Shown: positions 26,107-35,438 of the stretch, one piece after another | Layout of the letters: each line of letters opens with the position of its first letter | How positions within the stretch are numbered: position 1 is the stretch's first letter | From: a virus | Taxonomy: Duplodnaviria; Caudoviricetes | Direction: 5' to 3' (one strand) | Length of the DNA: 42,348 bases | IMG/VR virus record: IMGVR_UViG_3300032103_000007 | Location: 1-42,348 of that record | The notes under the pieces: generated by a model | Told to the model about the DNA's origin: nothing | The model's input: the letters and a program-made list of their open reading frames with translations, nothing else | Databases searched by the model: none | Made by a program: the position numbers and the translations under genes

Positions 26107-28737
26107 TTAAGCATCTACCTTGGTCGGAGTGAACTGGATGAATAGAGTCTGAAGTGTATGAGAAGGTTCCGGAGCGTTGATGCTGGGCTCGTGCAGTACC
26201 TTGATAGATACGTTTAAACCACGTTCGGCTACGTTAGCCATGTTGGTGTAGGGCGTATCACCCTGCTTGATGAAGTCCTGCCGATCGGGGATTGAAGCGT
26301 TGATCAGCGTAGACTGATACTCGTTTTCGTAGTCCTTAGCCGTAGTGATTCTAAGCGAGGCTAGTCCACGGCTCACGCCATCGACTCGTACTTTACGCAT
26401 TACCTTGTACCCGAATGGATTGCCAGCAAAGTACCAGTTGACGTCGAATTCAGCCTTGATAGCCTTGCCGTCAAAGCCCCAGCCTGAATCCAGCTTGTAC
26501 AGATAGTTAGAAGCTACGCGACTAGTAGGAGAGTAATGTGCAGCTAGTACTGTCTCGATACCGTCATGATCTAGGACAGACGACAAAGCTAGAGGTACGA
26601 ACTCTTTGCCGTTTACATCTGTAAAGTTTTCTAGACCTAGGTACAAGGTCTGCGTCGTTCCCTGTACCGGGCGTCCTTCGTTGAAGGTGAACGTAAAGAT
26701 ATCTCCGTCTGCGGAGAACACCTTGTATTGATTCTTGGTGCGGATAGGAATCGCGCACACAATGGCACCATTAGCTGACGTTTTAGGACGGATGATAGGA
26801 GACAGCTTGTACGAGATAGGAATGCCTACGAAGTCACCATACTTGTCTGACTGGCTGAGAGCTACTACGCCTGAGTGCGAGCAGAATACAATGTCGCCTA
26901 GTGATACAGCCGTGTACTCCACCGCACCGGTCTTGGGCAGGATGACTCGCTTCAAGAAGTTGTCAGGCACGCTACCCTGAATAGCAAACACGCCGTTAGA
27001 GCAGAATACTCCGAGGGTATCCCCCGGCATAGACAGCAGTCCGCGTACCGGATAGCCCATAGCAAACTCGGCAGCACCGTCGATACCAGAGTAGTTCCAC
27101 GGCTCCCCTGTTACGGAGATACGGACCATGCCATCGGCGTAGCCTAGAGCTAGAGAGTTGGCGATCCTGTCCGTATGACGCGGATACTCGGTAGCAGGCG
27201 TACTGTCGTTAATGAAGATCAGGCGCTCGCGGTTAAAGTAGAACGCCTTAGAGGCCCCTGTAGCGGCGTACACGGCATCTAGATCTTCTAGGCCGTAGTA
27301 GTTGTAGTCGCTGGCTACGTAACGGCTAGAAGCTCTCTGAAGAGCCGAGATGCCGGGCAGGAAGTTATAGCTAGGCACAGACGTGATAACGGCTACTCGG
27401 TTAGGAGCAGTCAGCGTAGCTGAATTGTACACGCTGTATCCGCTAGTAAACATCGGAGCAGTGCCAGCAGTTCTCACCACCTTAGTAACCTGCATAGTAC
27501 CTGCAGCGTTGCCCGCCGAAAAGTTACCGCTAGTTACCTTGTAGGTATTCAGGTCTACAGTAAAGGTGTTAGTACCGTCAGAGATCCAGTACTGGAACGT
27601 GCCGGGAGTAGGGATACTTAGGCCGCGCTCATACTTAGGGATCTCGTCCTGACCAGACACACGGCTGTTGCCAGTATTATACGAGAACGACCATCCGGTG
27701 TTAAAGAACTTCCATCCGCCATGAATAGAAGCGAAGTAGTCTGACACAGACTCCGCCTGCTCAGCACCACAGGTAAACATCACGGCCTTGTCAGGGCTGT
27801 AGCCTTTGCCGAAGATAACCAGCGATCGTCCGGCGCCTAGGGAAAGGCCGCCAATAGTGGCAGTGAGTCCGGAGATGGTAGTGCCAGTAGTGGCAGCAGC
27901 TAGATCCCACGACCCAGTATTAAGGTCCTCGTAGGAAATTACTACTCGGTCTTCCCCTGAGATAGTGATTACTTCGTAGCCTAGAATGCGCGCAGTGGCT
28001 CCGTTAAACGAATTGCCTACTACAGTATTCGGCACGGACGACACAACAATAGCGCCTGCTACCGAGCCGCGAAGCTCCAGAGTGTTAGCTCCAGCAGCGG
28101 CGTAGTTGATGCCCTTGTGACGATAGGTCATTACCGCAGGACCCGGCAGGCTAGTTACCGTCGAGCGCAGGTAAGTCATGTAGCTTAGCGCCTTGGTGTA
28201 TTGATCCTGCGGGGACGTGGCAAAGAACCTCAGGTCTCTAACCAAGGACAGATTGCCCAGCTCTACTAGAGTCTTGGTACTCTTGTTAAGACGGAACAGA
28301 CGGCGATCTACGCCAGTAGCTAGTGACGTGACGTAGCTATCCTCGTCCCTTACTACAGGGAATAGGTCTTCGTTAATGACAGCTACGATGTAGCTAGTAG
28401 AGTTAACTACCTGTACTACCGCTCCTAATACGAATACACCTAGCTGATTGCTAGGGATGCCGGTAGTGGTGCCGATAGCGCCAAACGTATCTACGGCTAG
28501 TACATCGCCTAGGCTTGCTGATCCTACAGGCGAGCTTACTGATACCTGCCAATACTTATCGCACTCTCCGCCTAGTCTTCCGTCGAAGCGCTCGAATCCG
28601 TCAATACGGCGTAGACCGGCCTTGTCCGTAATCTCGTAGTTACGACAAACCGCCAGCGACCCGGAGGCAGCTAGCGGCTTGGGTTCTACTAGGTCGAGTC
28701 CGTAGGCTAGAGGAATTACATCGTTCGTGTAGCTCAT
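26107..28737 (-). CDS. tail tubular protein B / nozzle-like protein
   Basis: 876 aa, beta-propeller-like; GLDLVEP..G...NYE...GLRRIDGFERFDG N-terminus; follows the adaptor. Confidence 0.7.
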   Translation of the reverse strand: MSYTNDVIPLAYGLDLVEPKPLAASGSLAVCRNYEITDKAGLRRIDGFERFDGRLGGECDKYWQVSVSSPVGSASLGDVLAVDTFGAIGTTTGIPSNQLGVFVLGAVVQVVNSTSYIVAVINEDLFPVVRDEDSYVTSLATGVDRRLFRLNKSTKTLVELGNLSLVRDLRFFATSPQDQYTKALSYMTYLRSTVTSLPGPAVMTYRHKGINYAAAGANTLELRGSVAGAIVVSSVPNTVVGNSFNGATARILGYEVITISGEDRVVISYEDLNTGSWDLAAATTGTTISGLTATIGGLSLGAGRSLVIFGKGYSPDKAVMFTCGAEQAESVSDYFASIHGGWKFFNTGWSFSYNTGNSRVSGQDEIPKYERGLSIPTPGTFQYWISDGTNTFTVDLNTYKVTSGNFSAGNAAGTMQVTKVVRTAGTAPMFTSGYSVYNSATLTAPNRVAVITSVPSYNFLPGISALQRASSRYVASDYNYYGLEDLDAVYAATGASKAFYFNRERLIFINDSTPATEYPRHTDRIANSLALGYADGMVRISVTGEPWNYSGIDGAAEFAMGYPVRGLLSMPGDTLGVFCSNGVFAIQGSVPDNFLKRVILPKTGAVEYTAVSLGDIVFCSHSGVVALSQSDKYGDFVGIPISYKLSPIIRPKTSANGAIVCAIPIRTKNQYKVFSADGDIFTFTFNEGRPVQGTTQTLYLGLENFTDVNGKEFVPLALSSVLDHDGIETVLAAHYSPTSRVASNYLYKLDSGWGFDGKAIKAEFDVNWYFAGNPFGYKVMRKVRVDGVSRGLASLRITTAKDYENEYQSTLINASIPDRQDFIKQGDTPYTNMANVAERGLNVSIKVLHEPSINAPEPSHTLQTLFIQFTPTKVDA

Positions 28738-28742
28738 TGGAC

Positions 28743-29666
28743 TTAACCTCTGTTGTATGGACTTGGTGCCCAGCCTAGTTTAGGTAGACACTTGTTCTCC
28801 AGTCTGATCTTGTACTTGCGGTACTGCCTAGCGGCTCTTGCGGCTAGTGCGTTGTTCTGATCGTATTCTGCATAGTGGAGCACTGCGCCCCACATAATCA
28901 TCGTGTGAAACTCCTCCGGCATGTCTGGTACATCTCCTGCCAGTACTAGCTCCTGAGGACCACGATCGTAGTTGAAGTAGATGCGGTAGGGCTTCTCTGG
29001 GCTAGGGTACAGGTCAGTCAGTCTGTCGGGAGTTTCGGTAATCTGGGCTGGCTTGCTTAGATTGCCTACGTCAGCCTCGTAGTAGTTATTCCACAGATTC
29101 CACTCAACGAAGTCCAGACCGTCCATGTACTCCGCTGGCGTAGAATCTACGTAGCCTAGGTACACTGAGTTATAGTCTAGGTCGTCTAGGTCAGGAGCAA
29201 ACTCCGAGAAGTCCCAACGCGCTCTGCCTCCAATCATGAAGCAGTCCTGTGCGCCGTCAGTGACTCGGTTGAATGCTTCTCCTAGTCCGTACTCGCCTAC
29301 TAGGTTATCGATATCGATGAAAGCTTCGGCGGTGCCAGCAGCCCAGCTACCACTCAAGGTCGTAACCTTTACAACTGTAAAAGTCGAGGAGTTGATCTTA
29401 CCTTCAAACAGCTCTCCCGGCGTAGGTTCGCTCGGGAGGCTGCCATTCTTGACGTAGATACGCGGGAGGATTACTCCGTACCCGCGCTTAGACATAAAGC
29501 TCCATCGCTCTCGGCTTAGCTGTAGCTCTTTCCAAGATCTAGCTACCCACATCTTGAAGCGACGGTGCATAGGATCGGAGGGATTAGCAAACTCTACCGA
29601 GTCCAGCTCTGATAGGGTAGCCCCTGATTCCGAGATCGTCTCGTTTACTAGTTCGATAAAGTCCAC
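28743..29666 (-). CDS. tail tubular protein A / head-tail adaptor
   Basis: xDFIELVN N-terminus, W.FM, LYPSP, PDMPEEFHTMIMWGA; ~80-aa beta-rich middle segment. Confidence 0.72.
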   Translation of the reverse strand: MDFIELVNETISESGATLSELDSVEFANPSDPMHRRFKMWVARSWKELQLSRERWSFMSKRGYGVILPRIYVKNGSLPSEPTPGELFEGKINSSTFTVVKVTTLSGSWAAGTAEAFIDIDNLVGEYGLGEAFNRVTDGAQDCFMIGGRARWDFSEFAPDLDDLDYNSVYLGYVDSTPAEYMDGLDFVEWNLWNNYYEADVGNLSKPAQITETPDRLTDLYPSPEKPYRIYFNYDRGPQELVLAGDVPDMPEEFHTMIMWGAVLHYAEYDQNNALAARAARQYRKYKIRLENKCLPKLGWAPSPYNRG

Positions 29667-29685
29667 TAAACCCTCCTACCTGAGA

Positions 29686-30288
29686 TTACTTAACGTATTC
29701 GATTACAAGACGACCGTCGCGTAGAGCTTCCTTGAGTTCATCCTCTCTTGGCCAGTAGCCGAATTTCTCATGAAACTTCTTACGCGGTAGGTGTACTGCA
29801 GCTTTTACCTTCTCGTTTTCTCCGCGAGGATCTGGACCGGGCGTCATGCCGTGGACACTGAACGGGTAGTTTGCTACCTCTTCAAAGTAGAAACGAGCTG
29901 GGTTGTTGGGCGGGACTGAGGCATTCTCGCGTAGACGCTTCGACTTAGCGTTGTTGAGAGCTTCGACGATCTTGATGGGAACGTCTACCTTGATGCCTCT
30001 CGGAATTAGAACCGCGTAGCCATTGACACAGACGTAGACTGGGCGATTCGAGGAAGTCGGATTTGGATCTAGGTGTACTTCGATGCGAGCGTAGCCGGGC
30101 TTGGGAGCGTCACCGTACGCCTCTAGAGCGTACTTGCCTTCAGCCATCTTGGCTCGAATGGCGTTGATGATGTCTTCCTTAGTCATGTCGCGCGCTAGCG
30201 GCACGCGGTAAATGCCGGCCTTCTTACGAAGCTCGCCAATCGGAAGGTTGTCTAGATCGTTAGTGTACTCTGCGTGGTCATTACTCAT
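29686..30288 (-). CDS. conserved phage protein with small N-terminal helical domain
   Basis: ELRKKA..MTKEDIINAI (Rho-N/HeH-like); VNGYAVLIPRGIKVDVP. Confidence 0.65.
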   Translation of the reverse strand: MSNDHAEYTNDLDNLPIGELRKKAGIYRVPLARDMTKEDIINAIRAKMAEGKYALEAYGDAPKPGYARIEVHLDPNPTSSNRPVYVCVNGYAVLIPRGIKVDVPIKIVEALNNAKSKRLRENASVPPNNPARFYFEEVANYPFSVHGMTPGPDPRGENEKVKAAVHLPRKKFHEKFGYWPREDELKEALRDGRLVIEYVK

Positions 30289-30317
30289 GACGGTAGATCT
30301 CCTCTACATTAGATAGG

Positions 30318-30392
30318 TGGCCAGCCAGCTAAGACTCGAACTCAGATCGCAGGGATTTGGAGTCCCGCATGTTGCCATTACACCACTGACTG
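30318..30392 (-). tRNA. tRNA-Trp(CCA)
   Basis: Reverse complement: acceptor CAGTCAG/CTGGCTG, anticodon loop CTCCAAA, T-arm CTGAG-TTCGAGT-CTTAG, G73 and CCA. Confidence 0.88.
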
Positions 30393-30401
30393 GTAAGGCT
30401 A

Positions 30402-30425
30402 GAAGGGGAGGTTTCCCTCCCCCTC
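30402..30425 (-). terminator. hairpin after the capsid genes (partial terminator or stabiliser)
   Basis: GGGGAGG-GAAA-CCTCCCC on the minus strand; weak U-tract. Confidence 0.55.
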
Positions 30426-30439
30426 CAGTCCATCGTCAA

Positions 30440-30958
30440 TTAGACGGTGGGGTTAGGACGACCGTGGTCGTAAGCAGCGCCGTTGGCGTTACCTAGCGAC
30501 GGGATCGCATTAGCGCGGGCAGGTACGACGATAGCCGTAACCGTAATTCGCGTCGGAACAGCAGGAGCAGTAGCGGCACCTGCCTGAGGCGACAGCGTTA
30601 CGGTGTAGTTAACTACCGGAGCAGCTCCCGTGGGCTCAAAGCGAGCGGTACCACCAGCCTGACCAACCGTTGACGCCGCGGCGAACGCGGTTAGGTTAGA
30701 AGCCTGAGCGCCGGTATTGTGTGATTCAAAGCCGGCGTTTAGGGTGATGGTCGGAGTACCGCTAGCATCTAGGTCGTCAGTGTTGATGGTTAGCTCAGTT
30801 ACCTGATAACCGGCTCCGATCTGGAAGAAGCGGAGACGGTCGGCAGGTACGAGACCACGACCAGCAGGTAGGTCGATAGTGGCGCTGATCTCGAACGGAG
30901 CCTCGTTGATCGCGCGGTGACGGACACCGCCGACGTGTGAAGGTGAACGGAAAGACAT
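30440..30958 (-). CDS. capsid decoration/cement protein (putative)
   Basis: Strong AAGGAG RBS directly after the MCP; beta-rich with TDDLDASGTPTITLNAG. Confidence 0.6.
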   Translation of the reverse strand: MSFRSPSHVGGVRHRAINEAPFEISATIDLPAGRGLVPADRLRFFQIGAGYQVTELTINTDDLDASGTPTITLNAGFESHNTGAQASNLTAFAAASTVGQAGGTARFEPTGAAPVVNYTVTLSPQAGAATAPAVPTRITVTAIVVPARANAIPSLGNANGAAYDHGRPNPTV

Positions 30959-30984
30959 AGTTTACTTCTCCTTAACTAGTGAGA

Positions 30985-31989
30985 TTAGAGGGCACCAACC
31001 GCAGTCTCAAGACGAGCCATCCACTGCTCGTTTAGACGTACAGCCGAGAACCACATCTTCCATGAAACGAAACCACGCTGACCGAGCGGATCCTCGTAGC
31101 TGGCACCCATCTTGGGATTCATTACCGCGATCGCGGCGGAGTCCATACCCTTAAGTGGGGTAACGCCATAAGCCTCTTCACCGAAGATGATGAACGGATA
31201 GACGTTAACGTTTGCGCCGTTGTTGAGTACGCCGGTAATGGTACTTGAGCCAGCGCCTAGGAACGGCTCTAGCATCGGGCTTAGGATTACGCGGACCTCT
31301 TCAATGCGGCCAAGCTCGTTGGCATGGAGAGGAGTACCTGAAGCGTAGCGCTCGACCGGGACGAACGTGGGCAGAGCGCGGATGTTCTGCTCAAGGTCGG
31401 TATGGGCGACGCCTACGAACGAAGCGTTGACCGGCTCGGTCGCAATGTTCGGAGAAGCCGAGAGCTTCTTGGTGATCTTGCGGCAATGGTTACGCTTGAG
31501 CTGTCGGACAATGAGACGAATGTCGTCAATGTCTAGAACCGCCTGAACCTGAGCGCGGCTGGTAGCCGTACCGGTGAAGAACACCTGAGTACCGCCACGG
31601 ATCTCGTTCCACGTGATAAGCTCCTTGGTCTCAGCCGCCTGCTTACCACAGAGTTCGGTCATGACCTTAAGGTTTGGATCTTCGTGGGTGTCAGCGATGA
31701 CGTCCGTGAACGGGACCCAAGCGCCGTACTGAGCTAGCGAGGTCTGAACGTCCTCGTACTCAAGGGCTTGTGGGGCTGGGGTAACGCCTTCGATCAGCGC
31801 GGTCGGGTTAGCCTCGAACGGAACTGGACGACGGAAGCGAATGACGAGGCCCTTGTTCTTCGGCACAGCCTCGACCTTGGCGAACTTGTCGAGGATGATC
31901 TGGGTGTCCGCGTAAGCGAGCATGTTAGCGACGGCTACGATACCTACGCGAGGTGAGATGTCGCCGTACTGAGTACCTGAAAATGCCAT
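30985..31989 (-). CDS. major capsid protein (N4-gp56-like family)
   Basis: YGDISPR, PKNKG..IRFRR, LIEGVTP, QYG, ELGRIEEVR, DPLGQRG.VSWK; AAGGAG RBS. Confidence 0.92.
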   Translation of the reverse strand: MAFSGTQYGDISPRVGIVAVANMLAYADTQIILDKFAKVEAVPKNKGLVIRFRRPVPFEANPTALIEGVTPAPQALEYEDVQTSLAQYGAWVPFTDVIADTHEDPNLKVMTELCGKQAAETKELITWNEIRGGTQVFFTGTATSRAQVQAVLDIDDIRLIVRQLKRNHCRKITKKLSASPNIATEPVNASFVGVAHTDLEQNIRALPTFVPVERYASGTPLHANELGRIEEVRVILSPMLEPFLGAGSSTITGVLNNGANVNVYPFIIFGEEAYGVTPLKGMDSAAIAVMNPKMGASYEDPLGQRGFVSWKMWFSAVRLNEQWMARLETAVGAL

Positions 31990-32012
31990 ATATTAAATCT
32001 CCTTAACTAAGG

Positions 32013-32987
32013 TTAGTTTCCATGCAACTTATGGAAATGCTTATACGACTGCGCGAAAAGCTCTTCTGCTGTGAGTTCTTTCTTTTCGGGAGCAGCCGGA
32101 CTCTTTACAGTAACCGCTTGCTGTAGCTTACGTTCACGCTCACCAGCTAGGTGGCTAGCGGCTGGACTTGGCACAGCTTGCGGCGCTTCCTGTTGCCCCG
32201 GAGCCTGCCTAACCATGCCATTTGCCTGTAGCCACTGAGAGTAAACTTGGAGTCCTGCTACAACATCGTCAGCGTGCTTGGACATTACTAGACGCTTTAC
32301 TCCGTCAGACGCACTACCCACGAAAGCGTGGAACGCCTCACTTTGTACAACCTCTGCAATGTTAGGTACCATCTCAGCAAGTCTCGCCTTTTCAGACGCT
32401 ACTTCCTGATGCTGCCAAGCCTGCTTTACAGGAGCTAGCTCTTGCGTAAGAGTGTTTTGTAGACTGGCGATCTGAGCTGCTGCGGCTTCCTCGCGCTTCT
32501 TGATAATCCGATAAAGGGCGGGGTCGGTACGCTTTAGCTCTGCAAGATCGTCGTCTTCGCCTTCCTCAGTTGCCGGAGCGGCCTTAGCTGGCGGCTGGGC
32601 GGCAGTAGAACTGAGTGACGCTAGCCGAGTTTCTAGTTCGTTGAGCTTACGCTGTAGTGCAGCGGTCCGATTAGTTTCCGATCGGTGCTTGTGCTGCAGT
32701 AGCTTGTTCTCTTGTACTAGACGCTCTAGCTCTTCCCTTGAGAGGGTGGCTTCCGGCTGAGCTGCCGGGACCTGAGCTTCGCTTTCTTGCGTCGGGGCCT
32801 GCTTCTCTTCTTCCTTCTTCTCTACTTCCTGCTTTACCTCTTCCTCTCCTACTTCCGGGGCGGGATCAGGATCCGGCACCGTAGCCGCGTCCAGAATCTC
32901 GTTTAGCTTATCAGGGTCATCAAGATTCTTGCTGACGCTGGCAAACAGCTTCTGGGCTTCGCTGTCGCTTAGAGGGGTGTTATTCAT
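32013..32987 (-). CDS. capsid scaffolding protein
   Basis: Acidic coiled-coil protein between portal and MCP. Confidence 0.75.
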   Translation of the reverse strand: MNNTPLSDSEAQKLFASVSKNLDDPDKLNEILDAATVPDPDPAPEVGEEEVKQEVEKKEEEKQAPTQESEAQVPAAQPEATLSREELERLVQENKLLQHKHRSETNRTAALQRKLNELETRLASLSSTAAQPPAKAAPATEEGEDDDLAELKRTDPALYRIIKKREEAAAAQIASLQNTLTQELAPVKQAWQHQEVASEKARLAEMVPNIAEVVQSEAFHAFVGSASDGVKRLVMSKHADDVVAGLQVYSQWLQANGMVRQAPGQQEAPQAVPSPAASHLAGERERKLQQAVTVKSPAAPEKKELTAEELFAQSYKHFHKLHGN

Positions 32988-33004
32988 AAAAGTTCATTCT
33001 CCGT

Positions 33005-33223
33005 TTAAGTTGGCGATCTAGTCGCGGCCTGTTGAATGTCACGTTCAGCGGCTAGTAGCTCCTTGTAAACAAGGATCTTTCCACGAATTACGCAAGAATC
33101 CTCATGGCTTAATGTAGGATTTTCTAGCATTTCTCGTGATTTCTGTAGCTGGATAGCTAGGAAGTCCTTGATAGCTACCCAGTTCGAGTCGTAGATGTTG
33201 AGGTTAGGGATGCGTGCTTTCAT
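33005..33223 (-). CDS. small conserved head-module protein
   Basis: 72 aa, W..IK..L...LENP......IRGKI pattern common after portals. Confidence 0.65.
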   Translation of the reverse strand: MKARIPNLNIYDSNWVAIKDFLAIQLQKSREMLENPTLSHEDSCVIRGKILVYKELLAAERDIQQAATRSPT

Positions 33224-33224
33224 G

Positions 33225-35438
33225 TTAGATACCCGATCCGGTCTGGCGCTTGAGCTTCTGCTCGCGTGCGATTAGTAGCTGATCGATCTGCTTACGATTG
33301 TCCTGCTGACCGGCTAGGAATGCCTTAGTCTCTTCACGCATACGGGCAATCTCTAGATCAGTACCTAGCTTAGCCCTGAACTGCTCGTCCTTGGCAGCTA
33401 GATTGAGCATAGCTACGTCCTTCTCGTTCTGGCTGGCTACTACCTGAGCCTCTGCTTCTGCTACGCGGGCGTAGGTGTTAGACTGACGCTCTTGGAATTC
33501 CCAAGCCTCGCGCTGCTGGGCCTGATTGAACTCAAACTCTAGGCGCAGCTCCTCTAGGGCAGCACGTTTTTCCTCTAGAGCTAGGCGTCTTTCCTCTAGC
33601 TGTAGCTTGATTAGCTCCGGATTGGGTCCCTGAGCCTGCGCCATCTGCTGTTCGTAGGCAGCTACTTCCTCAGGAGTGCGAATGATGCGGCTTGAGGGTA
33701 GATGCATCATGCTTAGGCGAGCAACTAGCAGCTCATCTAGGTTAACGTACTTACCGGTCTGCGGATTCTGGCTAGCTTCTAGACTCAGCTTCTCCATGTC
33801 GCGGATGTATAGCTGCTTGTTACGGTAATCCGAGCTAGACTTAACGTCTACTTCATAGTTACCCTTGATCGCCGGGTCAGGATTGTACTGCATGTTCCAA
33901 GCGTACAGACGCTTGATGACGCGAGTAGTCACCTTGTCGTCCCACATCTCGTTTAGCAGATCGAGTAGCGTGGTACTAGCCTGCTGTAGTAGCCCTAGGC
34001 CGGTAGCTGAGTCAGTAGTTACTGCTGCTCCGTTCTGAAGACCAGCCGTCATTAGCGGAATACCAGACTCTTCCTCGGCAAACTGTTTGGCGGCAGTCAG
34101 TACGGCCATCAGATCGCCTGAAACGTTGGGAGGCACGAAGAACTGGAACGCCTGATTAACGTTAGCCGACAGGTCGGTAAGGAACCACGCCTTGCGAGGA
34201 CGCATTTCCCAATCACCGTCTACTGGTTCGATGAGATCCTTCTGCATAACTACCTGAGGACCAGAAGAAATGGCCGAGTTATCCAGTACCATGTGCCACG
34301 ACTGGGTTACGACGCGCTGGGCATCTCGTACTAGCAGCGGTAGACCTACGCCGAACGGGCTAACAGGGTCGCGCTTGTACTCGCATACCTGATACGGTAG
34401 CTCGAAGTCTTCAATGTTAGCTAGCTCTACGCGGATAACCTTACCTTGGCACACCCAGACTTCCCCGTAGTAGGTCTTGCCGTCTACTGAGTCGTAAGAC
34501 GGTACGATGCCTAGGGTTTCTAGCTGTTCAGAAGTGACAGGGCCGTGGTATTCTAGGACCATGTACTTGTTCTTCATGTACGACTGGCTAGTTTCCATAA
34601 GGGCTGAGGCTTCCTCGATAGCCGAGGTGCTGTAGTCCTTAGGATCTTCCTTGAGTAGCTCGATAATCGCGTCTCGGATAAAGCCGGGATGCTTAGAGTA
34701 CTTTGCCATCTCCGTCTTAGAGAGGGGGTGTAGTTCGATTGTGTCTTCGCTGGAGCAAAAGTCGTTAGTCGAATCGTCCGGGTAGAAGTACCACGGATCG
34801 ACACGGACGTACGACGGCTCAGTGTTAGACTGGAATACCGGAGCCCACTGAGCGCTGGTCGGATCCAGCTTGTAGGATGACTTGACCTTACTGGTATTTA
34901 CAGGACCCTTAAGAACAGCCGAGCCTAGGATAACGCGGTCTTCGATAGCAGTACGCGACTCGTATCCGTACTTGCTCTTATCGAGCTGACGGACCATCGT
35001 GTTTTCCATGCCGATGCAAGCCTGAGCATCCATTTCTCCAGACGGAAGCAGGTCCCAGTTCTTATCGCCCCCGGCAAACTGCTGAGAGATTAGCTGAGCA
35101 ATGGCGATGTCGCACTTGGTACGTACAATGTTGTAGTCCGGGCGATCGGCTGAAGCCTCTTTCGAGAACGGGCGATCAGGGCTTACGCCGGCCTTACCTA
35201 CCTTGGCAAGGGATCCGTAGTATAGGCGCATAGACTCCTGCCACTGGCGTTCCTTGCCTGAGCGATTCTTACGACGAGTCTCAAACTTTGATTCTACAGT
35301 AGCGGCTAGATCCTTAAGTAGGGCTTCCCGGCGCTCACGTTCAGCTTCTGCGGCTTGTCGTGCCTGCTCTTCTAGCTCTTCCGGAGTAGCCTGCAGTAGG
35401 TCCTGCTCGGCTTCGACGGGCATATCGTTAGGTGTCAT
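33225..35438 (-). CDS. portal protein (P22-like, long C-terminal coiled coil)
   Basis: GGAGG RBS before ATG 35438; VDPWYFYPD, SPFGVGLP, DNSAISSGPQ; follows TerL. Confidence 0.88.
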   Translation of the reverse strand: MTPNDMPVEAEQDLLQATPEELEEQARQAAEAERERREALLKDLAATVESKFETRRKNRSGKERQWQESMRLYYGSLAKVGKAGVSPDRPFSKEASADRPDYNIVRTKCDIAIAQLISQQFAGGDKNWDLLPSGEMDAQACIGMENTMVRQLDKSKYGYESRTAIEDRVILGSAVLKGPVNTSKVKSSYKLDPTSAQWAPVFQSNTEPSYVRVDPWYFYPDDSTNDFCSSEDTIELHPLSKTEMAKYSKHPGFIRDAIIELLKEDPKDYSTSAIEEASALMETSQSYMKNKYMVLEYHGPVTSEQLETLGIVPSYDSVDGKTYYGEVWVCQGKVIRVELANIEDFELPYQVCEYKRDPVSPFGVGLPLLVRDAQRVVTQSWHMVLDNSAISSGPQVVMQKDLIEPVDGDWEMRPRKAWFLTDLSANVNQAFQFFVPPNVSGDLMAVLTAAKQFAEEESGIPLMTAGLQNGAAVTTDSATGLGLLQQASTTLLDLLNEMWDDKVTTRVIKRLYAWNMQYNPDPAIKGNYEVDVKSSSDYRNKQLYIRDMEKLSLEASQNPQTGKYVNLDELLVARLSMMHLPSSRIIRTPEEVAAYEQQMAQAQGPNPELIKLQLEERRLALEEKRAALEELRLEFEFNQAQQREAWEFQERQSNTYARVAEAEAQVVASQNEKDVAMLNLAAKDEQFRAKLGTDLEIARMREETKAFLAGQQDNRKQIDQLLIAREQKLKRQTGSGI

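Noticed and set aside
30318-30392. tRNA as prophage attachment site
   Set aside because: No integrase, repressor or duplicated tRNA 3' end; flanked by virion genes
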